From a plasmid, in sequence record NZ_CP013482.1: DNA of 64,000 nt; one strand, written 5' to 3'. Shown in pieces: positions 52,657 through 62,414 of the stretch. The position numbers and the translations under genes are program-made. Position 1 is the stretch's first letter. Each line of letters begins with the position of its first letter. Under the pieces are notes generated by a model that was not told the origin of the DNA, did not search any database, and was given only the letters and a program-made list of their open reading frames with translations.

Positions 52657-53391
52657 ATGAAGAACTTGACCCAACTCACCGAGCTTCAACCTGCCAAAGT
52701 CGGCACCACACTGCCCCGTCTTCACCTCAATGACGGCGTGTTGGAATGCTGTAAGTGGTTGGCCCTGCTTTTGATGACCGGGGACCACATCAACAAGTAT
52801 TTGATGGGCGACTCCTCTCCGGTCCTATTCAACGCCGGCCGAGCGGCAATGCCGATATTCGTTTTTGTATTGGCATACAACTTGGCACGCCCCGGCGCAT
52901 TCGAGCACGGGACGTATCACCGAGCTATTCAGCGACTGGTGATTTCGGGTCTCGTTGCCACACCGGCTTTCATGGCGTTGGGTGGACTGCTGTCTGGGTG
53001 GTGGCCGCTGAACATCATGTTCACGTTGCTCACACTGACGTGCGTTCTGTATCTGTATGAGTCCGGCGGATCCGTCAACAAATTTACCGCAGCGGCCATC
53101 TTTCTCGCTGCCGGTTCGTGCGTTGAATTCTGGTGGCCGGCAATATCTCTCGGCGCTTCTGTTTGGTTTTACTCCAGGCGACCGAGTGTCGCCGCATTGG
53201 CAGTCGGCACCATCTCCTGCGCAGCGCTCTACTTCGTCAACTCCAACTTCTGGGCGTTCGCGGCTTTCCCGCTGGTCGCCTGCGTGGCGCGTCTGAATTT
53301 TCGCGTCCCACGAACTCGCTGGATCTTCTACACGTACTACCCCGCGCATCTGATCTTGCTCCTGCTGGCCCAGCAGACGCTTTCCCGATAA
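52657..53391 (+). CDS. trbP: TrbP (TraX-family membrane protein); the ORF extends to 52612
   Basis: Multi-TM protein; synteny at the end of the Tra2 operon. Confidence 0.65.
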   Translation: MKNLTQLTELQPAKVGTTLPRLHLNDGVLECCKWLALLLMTGDHINKYLMGDSSPVLFNAGRAAMPIFVFVLAYNLARPGAFEHGTYHRAIQRLVISGLVATPAFMALGGLLSGWWPLNIMFTLLTLTCVLYLYESGGSVNKFTAAAIFLAAGSCVEFWWPAISLGASVWFYSRRPSVAALAVGTISCAALYFVNSNFWAFAAFPLVACVARLNFRVPRTRWIFYTYYPAHLILLLLAQQTLSR

Positions 53392-53496
53392 GACCGCCCA
53401 AAGAATAACCACCACTCAACACGAGTGTCGCGGGTGATAAAGCGCATTTGTTTAGTTGTACTAATTACCTTCGGCATATATTACGAGGACGTTGAC

Positions 53497-56400
53497 ATGA
53501 AAATTCGCATTTCTCGCGATCTTTCAAGGAGAATCCGGGCCGGCTTCTGCGCCGGGTTGGTTCTCCTCTCCTCGCTGCAACCGTGCTTTGCTGCCGCCAA
53601 TTTGGACGACGTGGTCAAGGCAAATGCCGCGTGGGTTCCGAAAGATCACATCAATCAGGCTGAGCTACAGGACAAAGAAAAGGACGCTGCCGACAAGGAG
53701 CGTATCCAGGGCGAATGGAGTGCGCTGGACGTTTCTCTCGCCCGCGACCCGCTCGGCGCAGCAAAGCAACGAGCTACCGGCGCGGCGACCGAAGCCGCAC
53801 AGCGGATGTTGAATCAATTCGGCTCTGCCAAGCTGTCCTTGGGTGCCGGAGACGGCTTTAAGAACGGCAGTCTGGATGTGCTGCTTCCGCTTCGAGACAC
53901 CGACAGCAATCTCACCTTCACGCAGCTCGGCTTCCGCCGATCGAATGCGTTGTCCGACAGCTACCGTTCGACGTTGAACATCGGTGTTGGACATCGACAC
54001 TTCTTCAACGGTGGCAAATGGATGATCGGGGGGAATGCCTTCTTTGATCATGACATTTCCCGAGACCATCTTCGCGGTGGTCTCGGCCTTGAGGCATGGA
54101 CTGATTACCTGCGTCTGTCCGCCAATGCCTACCTGCGCATGAGCGGGTGGCAAGACTCTCCGGATATTCGCGGCTATATGGAGCGTCCTGCGAACGGCTG
54201 GGACGTTCGCGCCGAAGGATATTTGCCTGCATTCCCTCACCTTGGCGCACGCCTCTACTACGAACAGTATTACGGCCAGAAGGTCGGGCTGTTCGGTACT
54301 GGAAGTTTGCAGCGCAACCCCCATGCAATTACTGTCGGCCTCACTTATCAGCCAATCCCGCTGTTTTCATTGGATCTCGACTATCGCGCCGGCCAGGGTG
54401 GCGTGTCACAGACGACGGTTCGTGCGAACCTGACTTACAAAATTGGCGTTCCTCTCGATAAGCAATTGCGAGCCTCATCGGTTCGCGATTCAAAGCTCTT
54501 GAAAGGCAGTCGTTACGAGCTGGTCAACCGGAATAACGAGATCGTTCTGGAGTACCAAAAGAAGGAAGCTCGCCTGACAATCCCGACTCAAATTAGCGGG
54601 TATCCGGGCACAAGCACGACGTTCGCGGTCAACTCGTACACAGCCCTTGGGTTCTCATCTTTTGCCTGGACTGGTACTGCTGCGTCGTTTGTTCAATCAT
54701 ATTCCGGCGGAACCGCTACGCTCGCGCTTCCTTCCTACAACCAGAGTGGAACCAATACGTACACTCTCCAAGCGGTTGCCACTGAGACGGATGGCGCTGT
54801 CGCACGATCCAACGTCATGACGGTGACTGTAAATCCGCTGTCGGTAAGTCTCGATCGGAGCAAACCTACCGCCTCCGCTGATGGGCGCGACTCTGTGACG
54901 TTTACCGCCACTGTGATCGGGACCAACTCTGAACCTCTTGCCGACCAGGCAGTTGATTGGAAAATTCCGGCCAGCGCTACCGTTGTTTCCTTAATGGCGC
55001 GCACAAACAAGGCCGGGAAGGCTGACGCGATTGTCACGGCGAAGTCTGCCGCCGTGATTCACGTCACTGCGACCTCAACGTTGTCCGGCGAGACGGCATC
55101 CAATTCCGCAGCGTTCATAGGCGATCCTACGACGGCTGGCGTTGCTACGCTTGTGGCTCAACCTACCGCGATCGCCGCTAACGGCACGAGCAAATCGATA
55201 TTGACGGCGACATTGAAGGACGCCAAGGGCATCACGCTTGGATATGGCGTTCCGGTCAAGTGGGCGACGACCCTTGGCACATTGTCCGCCGACACGAGTG
55301 TCACCGATTCCAACGGCCAGGCCGTCGTTACACTGACCTCGGCTACGACGGCGGGCACGGCCACGGTGACGGCTTCCGCTATCGCTGGCAATAAAACGGC
55401 TGACGTTGCATTTACGCCGGATGTGGCAACAGCAAATGTTGCCTCGCTCACGGCTGCGCCGGCAGCGATCCCCGCCAATGGCGCCAGTAAATCGACGCTG
55501 ACGGCGACTATCAAGGACGCGAACGGAAACACGGTGGGCGCCGGTATTCCTGTCAAGTGGCAAACAACCGCCGGCACGCTTTCGGCTGCGAACTCGCAGA
55601 CCGATACGTCAGGCGTTGCAATCGTAACGCTTACCTCCGCGACCGCCGCAGGGATTGCGAACGTGACCGCCACGACCACGGCGGGCAACAAGACCGCACC
55701 TGTTGCGTTTGTGCCGGACACTGCCACGGCTGGCGTGGTGTCGCTCGTGGCGAATCCGACCAGCATTGCGGCCAACGGCAGCAGCACGTCCGCACTGACG
55801 GCCACGGTCAAAGACGCGAGCGGCAACACCGTAGGTGCTGGGGTCACGGTGAACTGGTCGACCTCGGCCGGTAGCCTGACGGGCACGTCGAGCGTGACCG
55901 ACGCCAGCGGCATCGCCACGATGACCCTTAAGTCAGCAACGACGGTCGGCGTCGCTACGGTATCGGCAACGGCCGTCGCAGGCAGCAAGACGGCCAACGT
56001 GACCTTTGTGCCGGACACGGCTACGGCTGGTGTGGTGTCGCTCGTGGCGAATCCGACTAGCATCGCAGCCAACGGCAGCAGCACATCCACGCTGACGGCC
56101 ACCGTCAAGGATGCTTACGGCAATGCGGTGGGTGCTGGCGTCACCGTGAACTGGTCGACCTCGGCCGGTAGCCTGACGGGCACATCGAGCGTGACCGACG
56201 CCAGCGGTATCGCCATGATGACGCTCAAGTCGGCAACGACGGCGGGCACAGCCACGGTAACGGCAGCGGCAGTCGCCGGCAGCAAGACGGCCAACGTGAC
56301 CTTTGTGCCGGACATGACTACTGCGGCCGTGGTGTCGCTCGCGGCGAATCCGACCAGTATTGCGGCCAACGGCAGCAGCACTTCCGCTCTGACGGCCACG

Positions 56401-58158
56401 GTCAAGGATGGCAACGGTAACGCAATGGGTGCCGGCGTCACCGTGAATTGGACGACCACGGCGGGTAGCCTGGCGGGCACGTCGAGCGTGACCGACGCCA
56501 GCGGCATCGCCACGATGACGCTCAAGTCGGCAACGACGGTCGGCGTCGCCACGGTAACAGCAGCGGCCGTCGCCGGCAGCAAGACGGCCAACGTGACCTT
56601 TGTGCCGGACACAGCCACGGCGGGCGTCGTTTCGCTCATGGCGAATCCGATCAGCATCACGGCCAACGGCAGCAGCACGTCCGCACTGACGGCTTCGGTG
56701 AAGGATGCGAGCGGCAACACCGTGGGTGCTGGTGTCACCGTGAACTGGTCGACCACGGCCGGTAGCCTGACAGGTACGTCGAGCGTGACCGACGCCAGCG
56801 GCATTGCCACGATGACGCTCAAGTCGGCTACGACGGCGGGCACGGCCACGGTAACGGCTGCGGCCGTCGCCGGTAGCAAGACGGCCAGCGTGGCGTTTGT
56901 GCCGGATACGGCCACGGCGGGCGTGGTGTCGCTGGTGGCGAATCCGACGAGCATTGCGGCCAACGGCAGCAGCACGTCGACGCTGACCGCCACTGTCAAG
57001 GACGCCAACGGTAACGCCTTGGGGGCCGGTATCGCTGTGAACTGGTCGACCACGGCGGGGAGCCTGACGGGAACGTCGAGCGTGACGAACGCTAGCGGCG
57101 TTGCGACGATGACGCTCACATCGCCCACGACGGTCGGTGTCGCCACGGTAACGGCTGCGGCGGTCGCCGGTAGCAAGACGGCCAGCGTGACGTTTGTTGG
57201 CGATCCGGCAACGGCCCGCGTGGTCAGCCTGACGCCGCCGACTGCCACTGCATATGTTGGCGGGATTGCGACCACGTACACGGCCACGGTGAAGGACGCC
57301 AACGGCTTCACGGTTGGGGCCGGTGTCTCGGTCACATGGTCTGTGAGTGCCGGAACGCCGAGCGCCACCAGCACCGTGACTAATTCATCCGGTCAGGCGT
57401 CGATCAACGTTGTATCACCGAACGTGGTCGGTAGCGGGACGATCACGGCCAGTGCCGTCGCTGGTTCAGCGAATGCGACGATCAACTACGTTGCCAACAT
57501 GAACACCCTGCGCGTTGTTTCTTTGTCGCCCAACATGAACAATGTCCCGGCAAATGGAAGCTCAACGGTGATGTTGCTTTCGTCTGTGCGCGACGCATGG
57601 GGCAACAATCCGGGCGCGGGAGTCACGGTCAACTGGTCGGACTCGTTGGGGCGCTTGTCGGCGGGAGCTACGGCCACTGACGGGAACGGAACGGCGGTGA
57701 ACTACCTGACGGCCCCCGGAGCGGCGGGCACCTCGTCCGTGAACGCGAGGATCGCGGCTACTGGTGACGGCGGTGTAGGCACAGCCGTTACGTGGGTGAG
57801 TACCTTTAGCGCTGCGAACGTCAGTGTGTCAACGTCGCCGGATATGCAGCCGAACGCGAACGGCATCCTGTACGTGAGCGGCTTCATCACTACGGCAACG
57901 CAGTCCTCTAGCGGGACGGTGTACATCACCGGCATCACCTACAACAACAGCTATGGCTCACAAAGTGCGTACATGGAAATCAACGGCGGCACCTATTGGG
58001 CCAACGCATCCGGCCTCTCGATTCCTTGGGGGTCGGGTGGGTCACTGGTGATACAACAGCACGAGGGCACGGGCATGGTTCCGGCCGTCTTCCAGTCGGT
58101 CACGTTGTCGCTTAGCACGGGACAAACGGTCACGCTTAATAGCGGGTCGGCACAGTGA
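53497..58158 (+). CDS. Giant inverse-autotransporter (intimin/invasin-family) adhesin: signal peptide, N-terminal beta-barrel, about 11 bacterial Ig-like (Big_1) repeats, unique C-terminal domain. The ORF extends to 53425
   Basis: Beta-barrel region ending ..LTYQPIPLFSLDLDYRAG..; tandem 99-aa repeats (VSLVANPTSIAANGSSTS..TLTATVKDA.GN..GAGV.VNWSTTAGSL). Confidence 0.8.
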   Translation: MKIRISRDLSRRIRAGFCAGLVLLSSLQPCFAAANLDDVVKANAAWVPKDHINQAELQDKEKDAADKERIQGEWSALDVSLARDPLGAAKQRATGAATEAAQRMLNQFGSAKLSLGAGDGFKNGSLDVLLPLRDTDSNLTFTQLGFRRSNALSDSYRSTLNIGVGHRHFFNGGKWMIGGNAFFDHDISRDHLRGGLGLEAWTDYLRLSANAYLRMSGWQDSPDIRGYMERPANGWDVRAEGYLPAFPHLGARLYYEQYYGQKVGLFGTGSLQRNPHAITVGLTYQPIPLFSLDLDYRAGQGGVSQTTVRANLTYKIGVPLDKQLRASSVRDSKLLKGSRYELVNRNNEIVLEYQKKEARLTIPTQISGYPGTSTTFAVNSYTALGFSSFAWTGTAASFVQSYSGGTATLALPSYNQSGTNTYTLQAVATETDGAVARSNVMTVTVNPLSVSLDRSKPTASADGRDSVTFTATVIGTNSEPLADQAVDWKIPASATVVSLMARTNKAGKADAIVTAKSAAVIHVTATSTLSGETASNSAAFIGDPTTAGVATLVAQPTAIAANGTSKSILTATLKDAKGITLGYGVPVKWATTLGTLSADTSVTDSNGQAVVTLTSATTAGTATVTASAIAGNKTADVAFTPDVATANVASLTAAPAAIPANGASKSTLTATIKDANGNTVGAGIPVKWQTTAGTLSAANSQTDTSGVAIVTLTSATAAGIANVTATTTAGNKTAPVAFVPDTATAGVVSLVANPTSIAANGSSTSALTATVKDASGNTVGAGVTVNWSTSAGSLTGTSSVTDASGIATMTLKSATTVGVATVSATAVAGSKTANVTFVPDTATAGVVSLVANPTSIAANGSSTSTLTATVKDAYGNAVGAGVTVNWSTSAGSLTGTSSVTDASGIAMMTLKSATTAGTATVTAAAVAGSKTANVTFVPDMTTAAVVSLAANPTSIAANGSSTSALTATVKDGNGNAMGAGVTVNWTTTAGSLAGTSSVTDASGIATMTLKSATTVGVATVTAAAVAGSKTANVTFVPDTATAGVVSLMANPISITANGSSTSALTASVKDASGNTVGAGVTVNWSTTAGSLTGTSSVTDASGIATMTLKSATTAGTATVTAAAVAGSKTASVAFVPDTATAGVVSLVANPTSIAANGSSTSTLTATVKDANGNALGAGIAVNWSTTAGSLTGTSSVTNASGVATMTLTSPTTVGVATVTAAAVAGSKTASVTFVGDPATARVVSLTPPTATAYVGGIATTYTATVKDANGFTVGAGVSVTWSVSAGTPSATSTVTNSSGQASINVVSPNVVGSGTITASAVAGSANATINYVANMNTLRVVSLSPNMNNVPANGSSTVMLLSSVRDAWGNNPGAGVTVNWSDSLGRLSAGATATDGNGTAVNYLTAPGAAGTSSVNARIAATGDGGVGTAVTWVSTFSAANVSVSTSPDMQPNANGILYVSGFITTATQSSSGTVYITGITYNNSYGSQSAYMEINGGTYWANASGLSIPWGSGGSLVIQQHEGTGMVPAVFQSVTLSLSTGQTVTLNSGSAQ
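55100..57230. repeat. About seven tandem 297-bp in-frame repeats within the adhesin gene; the last five (55711..57196) are nearly identical at the nucleotide level
   Basis: Period of 297 bp measured between recurring tttgtgccggaca.. landmarks (55711, 56008, 56305, 56602, 56899). Confidence 0.85.
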
Positions 58159-58175
58159 TCTAGGCCCAGCAGATT

Positions 58176-58215
58176 CCCCTTTGAGGCGGGTGGAGAAATC
58201 CACTCGCTTTTTTTT
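58176..58215 (+). terminator. Rho-independent terminator after the adhesin gene (GCGGGTGGAGAAATCCACTCGC + T9)
   Basis: Hairpin plus T-run. Confidence 0.65.
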
Positions 58216-58321
58216 ATTTATTTGTTGTATTCAACAGATAAATAAAATACACTTGATTCCAAGGTCGCGAACAGAGGTCGTGACGACAATCGAAGTCAAA
58301 TTTACCGAGAGGAACAACACC

Positions 58322-59083
58322 ATGATTTTCCCTGTTATCGTTTTGGCACTTGGCTTGAACGGCGTCGTCCAAGGCAACATCAACGACCACGGGACGCACG
58401 AGAAAGAAATTGAGGCCACTCAGATCCGCGAGCTTCGCGACGCTCGCGCTGCGAATCAGTGGTGCCGTGACAATGACCGCAGCCGCCAGAGTAACGGCAA
58501 CTACATCAATTGCGAGCCTTACGAGGAACTTTACCTGACGCGTTTGAATGATCGTCGCGAAACGTTGATCGCCCAAATCGCGGAAAAGCGGGGTGCGGCT
58601 GTGGCATTGAAGGCTGCGACGCCGAGTGCCGACGAGGCGGCGGTGGCCGATATCGGTTTCTTCGGAAAATTGGGCAACTATATGGGTACACCGGTGACTA
58701 CCGCGATGGTTGCATACCAAAATCAGAACGAGTGCCTAGAAGATGTGCGCGATGGTGACGGCGACGATTGCTCGGTTCTTGCGGCACGGCTAAAAGTCGC
58801 GGTGCGGGGGGCTCAGGAATATCGCGAAAAGCTGATTGCGGAAGGCCCGGGCTTCCTGCGTGACCCAAGCCACCGACTCATCATCACAATGGAAAGTGAT
58901 GAACTAAAAGCCGCCGCTGCGGCGATCACGGCGAAGGTGAACGCCGAGCAGTCGTTGGCCGATTGCGGGGCCGGGCTGGCGATCGGCCGTCGCTCGGACT
59001 GCACCACGCAAAGCGTCATCTATCACTCGGCAGTCGATAGCCTCGACCGTGCGTCAACGGCAAAGCCGGCCACCTCGGAATGA
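58322..59083 (+). CDS. Secreted Cys-containing hypothetical protein (254 aa) with its own AT-rich promoter region
   Basis: Signal peptide MIFPVIVLALGLNGVVQG; ORF. Confidence 0.45.
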   Translation: MIFPVIVLALGLNGVVQGNINDHGTHEKEIEATQIRELRDARAANQWCRDNDRSRQSNGNYINCEPYEELYLTRLNDRRETLIAQIAEKRGAAVALKAATPSADEAAVADIGFFGKLGNYMGTPVTTAMVAYQNQNECLEDVRDGDGDDCSVLAARLKVAVRGAQEYREKLIAEGPGFLRDPSHRLIITMESDELKAAAAAITAKVNAEQSLADCGAGLAIGRRSDCTTQSVIYHSAVDSLDRASTAKPATSE

Positions 59084-59135
59084 TGGGTCGGAAAGACGGG
59101 GAGCAATCCCCGTCTCTTCCTCTTCGAGCCTTACA

Positions 59136-59414
59136 ATGGCGTCATTTAGACGCGAGGGCTTTTCCAGCATGACTGAACCAAAGCGAGGGCGTGGGCGACC
59201 GATTGGAACGACGAAACCGGATGCGAAGTCATCCAGCGAGCGTGTAAAGGAATGGGAAAAAAACTTGGTCGACTCGGGCGGGAGAATCATTCGCCAGATT
59301 CGGCTCACGCCAGAGGCAAACGCCGCTCTAAAGACGTTTGAGGACGAGTACAAAACGCCGCAAGAGGCAATCTATGCCGCTATCCTCGAAAAGGGTCAGC
59401 GGCACCGCCGATAG
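59136..59414 (+). CDS. Small basic protein with AT-hook-like RGRGRPIG
   Basis: ORF (internal ATG of the track ORF 59049..59414). Confidence 0.35.
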   Translation: MASFRREGFSSMTEPKRGRGRPIGTTKPDAKSSSERVKEWEKNLVDSGGRIIRQIRLTPEANAALKTFEDEYKTPQEAIYAAILEKGQRHRR

Positions 59415-59436
59415 GCATTTACGTCGACGTTGCACA

Positions 59437-60093
59437 CTACTGATCGTCACCCGCGCGCCTCCAACTCGTGCCGTCGATCCACCAGCCGCGCACCTCAAGC
59501 GCGGCAACAAACTCCCCGCGAAGTCCGACAAGCCTGCTCGAGTCGACCGCTTTCCATCCATATGCTCGCGCTTGTTCCACTCCAATAAGCTCGCATACGG
59601 CCCTCTTGGCCAACTCCCGCGCAACCTGCTTTGACTGCCCAATACGTTCTGCCGTATCTGTCAGGCTTGTGCCGTGCAGCAGCGAAAGGAACACTGGGAT
59701 CGCACATCGAGCATGGACCACTTCAACATCGAGCGTGCCAATTTCGGCGGCTGCAAGTTGACGCGCCACGTCGTCCAGTACCGGGGCCGGCACGGCCAAA
59801 GCAGGTTTTATCTGACGGCGCTGGCCTGCACGCAACATGGTGATTGCTGGCGCAAGTATGCCAGCGTGCGCGCGTATGACAGGGGCTGTAGGAAGGCCCG
59901 TGTATGGCTTGAGCGCAGCGGGCCGCTCATGGGGCTCTATACGCGCCCAGACCGCGCGTAACACCTCCCATGTCACCTGACGAACCTTTCCAACTGGAAC
60001 GCCAAGCCGACTTGCGGCTGCGGTGTAGTCCTCGCCGGAAAGGATCGACTCAAACAGGTCAATTTCCCTCTGGTGGCGTGAATTCGATTTCAT
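59437..60093 (-). CDS. Hypothetical protein, possibly a regulator (218 aa)
   Basis: ORF. Confidence 0.4.
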   Translation of the reverse strand: MKSNSRHQREIDLFESILSGEDYTAAASRLGVPVGKVRQVTWEVLRAVWARIEPHERPAALKPYTGLPTAPVIRAHAGILAPAITMLRAGQRRQIKPALAVPAPVLDDVARQLAAAEIGTLDVEVVHARCAIPVFLSLLHGTSLTDTAERIGQSKQVARELAKRAVCELIGVEQARAYGWKAVDSSRLVGLRGEFVAALEVRGWWIDGTSWRRAGDDQ

Positions 60094-60184
60094 TCGGGGT
60101 TGGTCGACAAGTGAATTGCGGCGTCAGTCTACGCGATTTCTGACCGCAAACGGCGTCCTTGACGCTTGCCACAGGCGCCCATAC

Positions 60185-60395
60185 ACTGCCGCCACTTTGG
60201 TGCCCGCTGCCGCCCCTGTGCCGGCAGTAGTTAAACGGGAATCAGGCGGCTCCCCCTCTCCGGGCGGTGGCTAACCTGAGCTGCCCCCGCAACGGTAAGC
60301 GTCTACTCGATACGTTGCCCCTCACACCACTGCGCGCAAGCGTGGGAAGGTGGGGCCGCGTGAGCGCCAGCCCGGATACCGGCCAGAGAGGGGAG
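60185..60395 (+). ncRNA. Cobalamin (adenosylcobalamin) riboswitch upstream of btuB
   Basis: Conserved elements read in sequence: GGTGCC, AAACGGGAA, GCTGCCCCCGCAACGGTAAGCG, B12 box CCACTG..GGGAAGG, AGCCCGGATACCGGCC. Confidence 0.75.
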
Positions 60396-60495
60396 TTGCG
60401 CCGAATTTTTCGCCAAAGACGAGTTTGACGCGCACTCGCATAGCGCCACGGCCTGCGGGGAGCGGGCCGGGTGAAATCGCACCGGAACTCTAACA

Positions 60496-62349
60496 ATGCA
60501 AACGAAACTCGCGGCCGGCGCTGCCGCGCTCGCGCTCATTTCCTCGCCGCACGTTGCAACAGCCCAAACCGCCGACGACACAGGCAGCGCGGTACTGCCC
60601 AAAACCGTTGTCACCGCCGACAGGGCACCCCAACGCCTTCAGGACGCTATCCCACAGACCACGCTTATCGACAGCCAGGCGATCACGGATTCCGCCGCCA
60701 ACGACCTGCCCGGCCTGCTGCGCTTGGCACCGGGCGCTCAGGTCGTCAGCAACGGTGGGCCGGGGTCTACTTCAAGCCTATTCCTTCGCGGCTCGCAAGC
60801 CAGCCAGTCGCTCGTCCTTATTGACGGCGTGCGAGTCGATTCGGTAAGCGCCGGCTCAGCGCAGATTTCGCAAATCCCACTCGATCAAATCGATCATATC
60901 GAAATCGTGAACGGCAACGTGTCTGCGCTGTACGGGTCAGGGGCGATTGGGGGCGTCGTTCAAATATTCACGAAGGACGGCGGCAATCATCCGCCTAAAT
61001 TCTTCGCCTCGGCAGGGTACGGCAGCTATCACACACAGACGCAGAATGCCGGCGTAAGTGGTGCGCTCGATGCCGACGGTCGGACGACTTTTAGCGCGTC
61101 CCTGGCGCGGTACAAGACCGATGGTTTTTCATCCATCGACCCGGCCAAGCAACCAAGCGTAAACCCGAACGCCAACGGCTACCTCAACGAGAGTGGTAGC
61201 GCATCTATCAAACACCGATTCGTGAACGGTTGGGACGTGGGTGTCCGCTACTTTCAATCCAACGGCTACAACAGCTACGACAATGCTTACGGCCAACCTA
61301 CCGACTTGAACTACGGTATTAGCAAGGTGCAGCAGGCATCCGTTTTCGCCAACGGAAACGTAACCGACTGGTGGAAAACGCACGTTACGATCGCAGCCGG
61401 CAACGACCGTAGTATCCAGAAAACGAACGGCCTCTATAACGGCCGGTTTGACACGGACAATAGGCAATACACATGGCAGAATGATTTCGCCATCGCCAGC
61501 GGCCAGAAGATCCTCGCGGGCTATGAACACCTCGACCAGAGCTTTGATTCTAGTGCCTATGCCGCCCCCTCCCGTCGCGTCGACTCAGGCTTTATCGGCT
61601 ACAACGGGCGCTTTGGTGCTCATCAGTTTCAAGCTAACCTGCGGCGCGACCAGTACTCCGATTTCGGCGGTGCAAGCAGCTATTACCTCGGGTACGGCTA
61701 CGACATAACTGATAGCTGGAAGGTTCTTGCGAGCTATTCGGACGCCTTCCGCGCGCCGACCTTCAACGACCTGTACTACCCCTACGGCGGCAACACCAAC
61801 ATTCGCCCAGAGACAAGTCACTCCGTCGAAGCTGGAGTGCAGTACGCCACCGACGCGCTTGGCGTGATGCGTTTGACAGTGTTCCAAACTCGCTACTCGA
61901 ATCTCATTCAGTATGCGTCAGACCTTGCGGGCAACTACACGGCACAGAATGTGGGCACGGCCAAGGTGCAGGGCCTGGAAGGCTCTTGGAGTGGGCAGGT
62001 TTACAAGACCGACGTGCGCGCTTCTTTCACTTTCCAAAATCCTGTGAACGAGGACACGCATACCGATCTGAGCCGCCGCGCACGGCACTTCGCGTCGTTC
62101 GCTGTCAACCGGAACATTGAGAGTGTGCGCGTGGGCGCTGAATGGATTCTGAGCGGTGCGCGGCTCGATGGCACCAAGCACCTCGGCGGATACGGCCTAG
62201 TGAACCTGTCGGCCCGCTACAACATCACAAAGGCGTGGTACGTCGCCCTGCAAGTGCAGAATCTGCTGAACAAGGATTACGAGCTTGCCTACTCGTATGA
62301 AACGCCCAAACGCAGCGCTTTCATCACTCTCGGCTGGCAGCAATTCTGA
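60496..62349 (+). CDS. btuB: TonB-dependent outer-membrane receptor, BtuB-like (617 aa)
   Basis: Signal peptide; TonB box KTVVTADR; plug motif GGPGSTSSLFLRGSQASQSLVLIDGVRV closely matching BtuB; C-terminal aromatic; riboswitch upstream. Confidence 0.8.
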   Translation: MQTKLAAGAAALALISSPHVATAQTADDTGSAVLPKTVVTADRAPQRLQDAIPQTTLIDSQAITDSAANDLPGLLRLAPGAQVVSNGGPGSTSSLFLRGSQASQSLVLIDGVRVDSVSAGSAQISQIPLDQIDHIEIVNGNVSALYGSGAIGGVVQIFTKDGGNHPPKFFASAGYGSYHTQTQNAGVSGALDADGRTTFSASLARYKTDGFSSIDPAKQPSVNPNANGYLNESGSASIKHRFVNGWDVGVRYFQSNGYNSYDNAYGQPTDLNYGISKVQQASVFANGNVTDWWKTHVTIAAGNDRSIQKTNGLYNGRFDTDNRQYTWQNDFAIASGQKILAGYEHLDQSFDSSAYAAPSRRVDSGFIGYNGRFGAHQFQANLRRDQYSDFGGASSYYLGYGYDITDSWKVLASYSDAFRAPTFNDLYYPYGGNTNIRPETSHSVEAGVQYATDALGVMRLTVFQTRYSNLIQYASDLAGNYTAQNVGTAKVQGLEGSWSGQVYKTDVRASFTFQNPVNEDTHTDLSRRARHFASFAVNRNIESVRVGAEWILSGARLDGTKHLGGYGLVNLSARYNITKAWYVALQVQNLLNKDYELAYSYETPKRSAFITLGWQQF

Positions 62350-62351
62350 CG

Positions 62352-62396
62352 TCCCGAGTGCATATCGCCAGCCCCAGCGGCTGGCGATCCTCCTGA
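62352..62396. terminator. Bidirectional terminator-like inverted repeat between btuB and the resolvase (copy of 1206..1250)
   Basis: Inverted repeat. Confidence 0.4.
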
Positions 62397-62414
62397 CGTA
62401 AATCAACAACGACG

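Noticed and set aside
55100-57230. Tandem repeats considered as a possible CRISPR array
   Set aside because: The period is 297 bp with no short spacer/repeat alternation; the units are in-frame protein domains of one large CDS; no cas genes are present.
55158-57374. 316-aa and 419-aa minus-strand ORFs within the adhesin repeats
   Set aside because: Generated by the repetitive Ala/Thr/Val-coding repeats read in reverse; the forward frame has the signal peptide, beta-barrel and Ig-like repeats.
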